Origin: Ramazzottius varieornatus | Taxonomy: Eukaryota; Animalia; Tardigrada | Assembly (NCBI GenBank): GCA_001949185.1 | Contig: BDGG01000015.1 | Location: 129,036-193,035, forward strand | Length of the DNA stretch: 64,000 bases | Direction of reading: 5' to 3' | Part shown: positions 61,001-64,000 of the stretch, piece after piece | How positions within the stretch are numbered: position 1 is the stretch's first letter | Layout: each line of letters starts with the position of its first letter | The notes under the pieces: generated by a model | What the model was told of the DNA's origin: nothing | The model's input: the letters and a program-made list of their open reading frames with translations, nothing else | Databases searched by the model: none | Program-made: the position numbers and the translations under genes

Positions 61001-64000
61001 TACAAAACTTCAAAGTGGACTCTGATGCTCCCACAAAGATCAAGCGTGTCCGAGTTTACATCAAGAGCCCGAAGAAAGACCGTCTTCGTCAGTACAGCCC
61101 CGCGCCGCAGTACTCGTCCACTTCGCTTTCGTCAACCCAGTCCACCGTCACCTCGAAAGACGAGTCTGTCGAGCGCGACTATGCTGCTGAAGGCTACTTC
61201 GAAGGTGAAGCTGCAACTTCGAAAGGTGTAGTGGGCATTACCGGTGAGAGCTCTGAGAGAGAGTACGAAGAAGAAGACTACTCCGAGGACGACGGTCGGG
61301 AACCGGAAGTAGCCGTGGCGCCACCTGCCGCTGATTCGTTGCTTGCTGACCAACATGGTGGCATCCACTTTTTCAACGACAGCTTCTCCAGAGAAATGGT
61401 ACCGGAAGACGAAGAGTCAGCAGACGTCCAGTCAAAAGGTGAGGATATGATTTATTCGGCTCTCCAAACAGACAACTGGGAACTCTCCAAAAAGGTTTTA
61501 AGATCGTTAACGCGATGAAAATTGGGTTTGTTATTCAAACGAGTGTTGTACGGAAGTTCCGCAAACCAACTCAACACATTGTTGTTCCAGGTACCGTATG
61601 TTTTCGGCCGACAACACAGACAATTTATGCCACTTGGGAAAACGATCTGTGGAATTCCCGAGTGGCGCACGTTCTTGGTGATATTGGCTGGAAGCATGCG
61701 CCGCTTGGAAAACGACTTGGTTGAGTTTGTTTGCCGGGCTCTTGTATACTTAAAATTTTCATCAAGGTAGAGTATTGTTTCTCGAAGGTCCGGAAGTCCA
61801 GAAGACAGTTCGGTTTTCCAACGTGACAGCTTCGTCGAGAGCCAAGCTTGCAGAAAGTGACGGTTCGACCAAGATCAAGCGAGTTCGGCTGGTCAAGAAG
61901 GACCCAAACAGCATCCGTCTTCGTCAGTACAGCCCCGCTCCATCATTTCCTTCCACTTCTTTCGCCTCCACAGAGCCGAACGCTCACCTCAAACATGAAA
62001 ATGCCGAGCGTGATTACTCGGCCGAAGACTACTCGGGAGAGGAACCACATCAGCAGAAGATGGTGACGGTCGACTACAACGAAGAAGTTACGAAGAAGAA
62101 GACGGAGAAGCTGAAAGAGGTCCTTGTCGAAGCCGAGCGCTTAGTCGCAGCTGGAATCAAGTTCACGAACGTCTCGCTCCAGCGAGGCTTCAACGAGGAA
62201 GACGACACGGAGAATAATGTGAGGACGGGTCAGTGGGGCGGTTTTTCAAGGGAGAATCCAGCTGCTCAGAAAGTACCTTCCAGCGTGACGCTGTCCAGAG
62301 GTGACGGTTCTCCGGACGTCACTAAGGGAAGCGACGCTCCTATCTCTGACAACCATATCCCACAAGAAGCGGAAAAGAAAACGAAAGAATATAACCAGAT
62401 CGGAAAAGGTATTTGTGATATTCAAAGATATTCGTGGAAGGCATCATGATGGAATTTATGGGTTGTATTTTGACACCTGAACCTATTCGGATCTTTTTAG
62501 ATGGGAAATCAGTGAAAGTGCCGAAGGCGTCGCTTCCTGGCATCAAGGCATCAGATGAGCCGCAGTCGAGCGGTACCCTGGACACGGAAGACTATTCGGA
62601 AGAAATTCCATTACGACCAATAGTACCGGACACAGTTGGTCCACTTCCGAAACCGACACCTGTCCAGTTCATCAAATCGGGCATTCGCGTCTCTGACGAG
62701 TCCTTGTCGACAGGCTTGCTGTCTTCGGAAGACTATCAAGACCAACCGGAATCCTCCATGAATAGTACGTTCTTCCAATGCAAGTTTGATCTTTTACGTT
62801 GGCAAAATGATGTGTTTTATTTTCGTTTCGGAGTTCGGCAAACAAAGTCGGCTAGAGTGTTTCTCTGGTCTTGCCGATTCAAGGTTCCAGGCGGCGCATA
62901 GTTCCGATGTCACTGGCTGAAAGCATGCGCCACTTGGAAGAGCGATTTCGACTATGTTTGCCTTGGTGTTTTTTCTATACGTGGCGCTTTTTGTAAGACG
63001 TTATAGCTCTTTCGGTTTTTGTAGATCAGGCAAGAGAACAGAAAGCAAAGACCGTGGTCAGCAAGCCGGGTGTACGATACACGGACGAGTCTTTCCGTCG
63101 AGCCGACACTGCGGAAGACTACTCCGAAGGACTCTCGGTGCAGAATGCTTCTCGCTCGTGTCAGCCGGAAGTCGAATTGTCTTCACCTGTCGCAGTAGCC
63201 TCAACCACTGGGCAACAGGGTATCCACTTCCTGAATGACAGTTTCTCTGAAGATTTCATTCTGTCCGAAGATGGAGAGGGAAACCGTGATCAGAAAGGTA
63301 AGCGTCCTGTCGTGAATTGAGTTGACCCAACGACAAATCCGACGAAATAAGACTTTCCATATGTTGTCGTTTCAGTCGTGGTCAGCGCTGCAAAGTCGTA
63401 CCTCGAGAGGTCTATTTCCTCCCAGAAGAAGCCGGCCAAAGGTGTCCACGTCAACGACGTGCTGCCACCGAGAGCTTCACTTCCGGTTGAAGACTATCCC
63501 GAATTATCCGTGACCGAAAAGCGGAACGTCTCCAAGTCTGCCGGAAGTTCGTCTGGAACCTACCAACAGAGGCACGGTATCCAGCATAACGATATTCCCA
63601 GTTATCGAGAGATTTCCACCGATTATTACGAACTCACTTCGCGCACTTCCGGTAAGGCTTTCTTGGCCGGAATAGTCTTTGATATGAGCTATTGATTTCA
63701 TGAATATTTGTATATAGCACTAACAGTTCCAGAACATGTGCCGGGACGAGTTAGACAAGCTCATGTAAAGAACATTTCGGTGTCGGTGGAGGTTCTGCCG
63801 TCTACACTGTACATCCAGAAGAAAATCGCTGCAGACTCGTCGGCGGCTGATAAACGGGTTCATGTAGATAATATTCAGTCTTACCGGGAAGTTGGTGATG
63901 ACTACTCCGAAATCATCCAAGCCAGCAAGAAGCAAGAGATGGTTGCAGAGTCTTCTCACGCAGGTAAGATTCCCAACTTCCGGTTGCGGATTAAGTTTAC
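58094..64000 (+). CDS. Large secreted acidic, modular repeat protein of unknown family (partial; continues past the window)
   Basis: Signal exon 58094-58157 (MAAWIRWLPWFLVLITFSGMKG) splices in frame to 58368. More than 10 further exons carry recurring KIKRVR, RQYSPAP, [ER]DY and G[IV]xFxNDSF motifs. Confidence 0.8.
58955..59083. mobile_element. Small intronic MITE
   Basis: AGGAGAAAGTCCTAACTTTCTAGCG / CGCTAGCAAGTTAGGACCTTTTCCT inverted pair. Confidence 0.7.

Noticed and set aside
37815-62965. Palindromic repeats read as a CRISPR array or bacterial REP elements
   Set aside because: Copies are dispersed, diverged and intronic in a clearly eukaryotic locus, with no regular spacers and no cas genes.

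Overview
Eukaryotic, intron-containing invertebrate DNA with roughly balanced GC, short GT-AG introns and three 50-N assembly gaps. The compact style is tardigrade-like, but that is inference only. The left ~31 kb is a transposon graveyard: two 5'-truncated CR1/L2-group LINE remnants, a full-length decayed Tc1/mariner element, a decayed Ngaro/PAT-type tyrosine-recombinase retrotransposon, and many MITEs (hAT-, piggyBac- and Tc1/mariner-like), several of them nested. It also holds exons of a C-type-lectin-like gene. The right half is gene-dense and all on the + strand: a 3-exon muscarinic acetylcholine receptor; a secreted Tyr/Ser/Ala/Pro-repeat structural protein; three tandem, highly diverged paralogous secreted Cys-containing proteins with a probable beta-propeller (EPTP/EAR-like) core and different low-complexity tails; RPL11; and a large secreted acidic modular protein running off the right edge. 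The best candidate for an undescribed system is this cluster of secreted extracellular-matrix or eggshell-like genes. A palindromic repeat family also occupies many of its longer introns.
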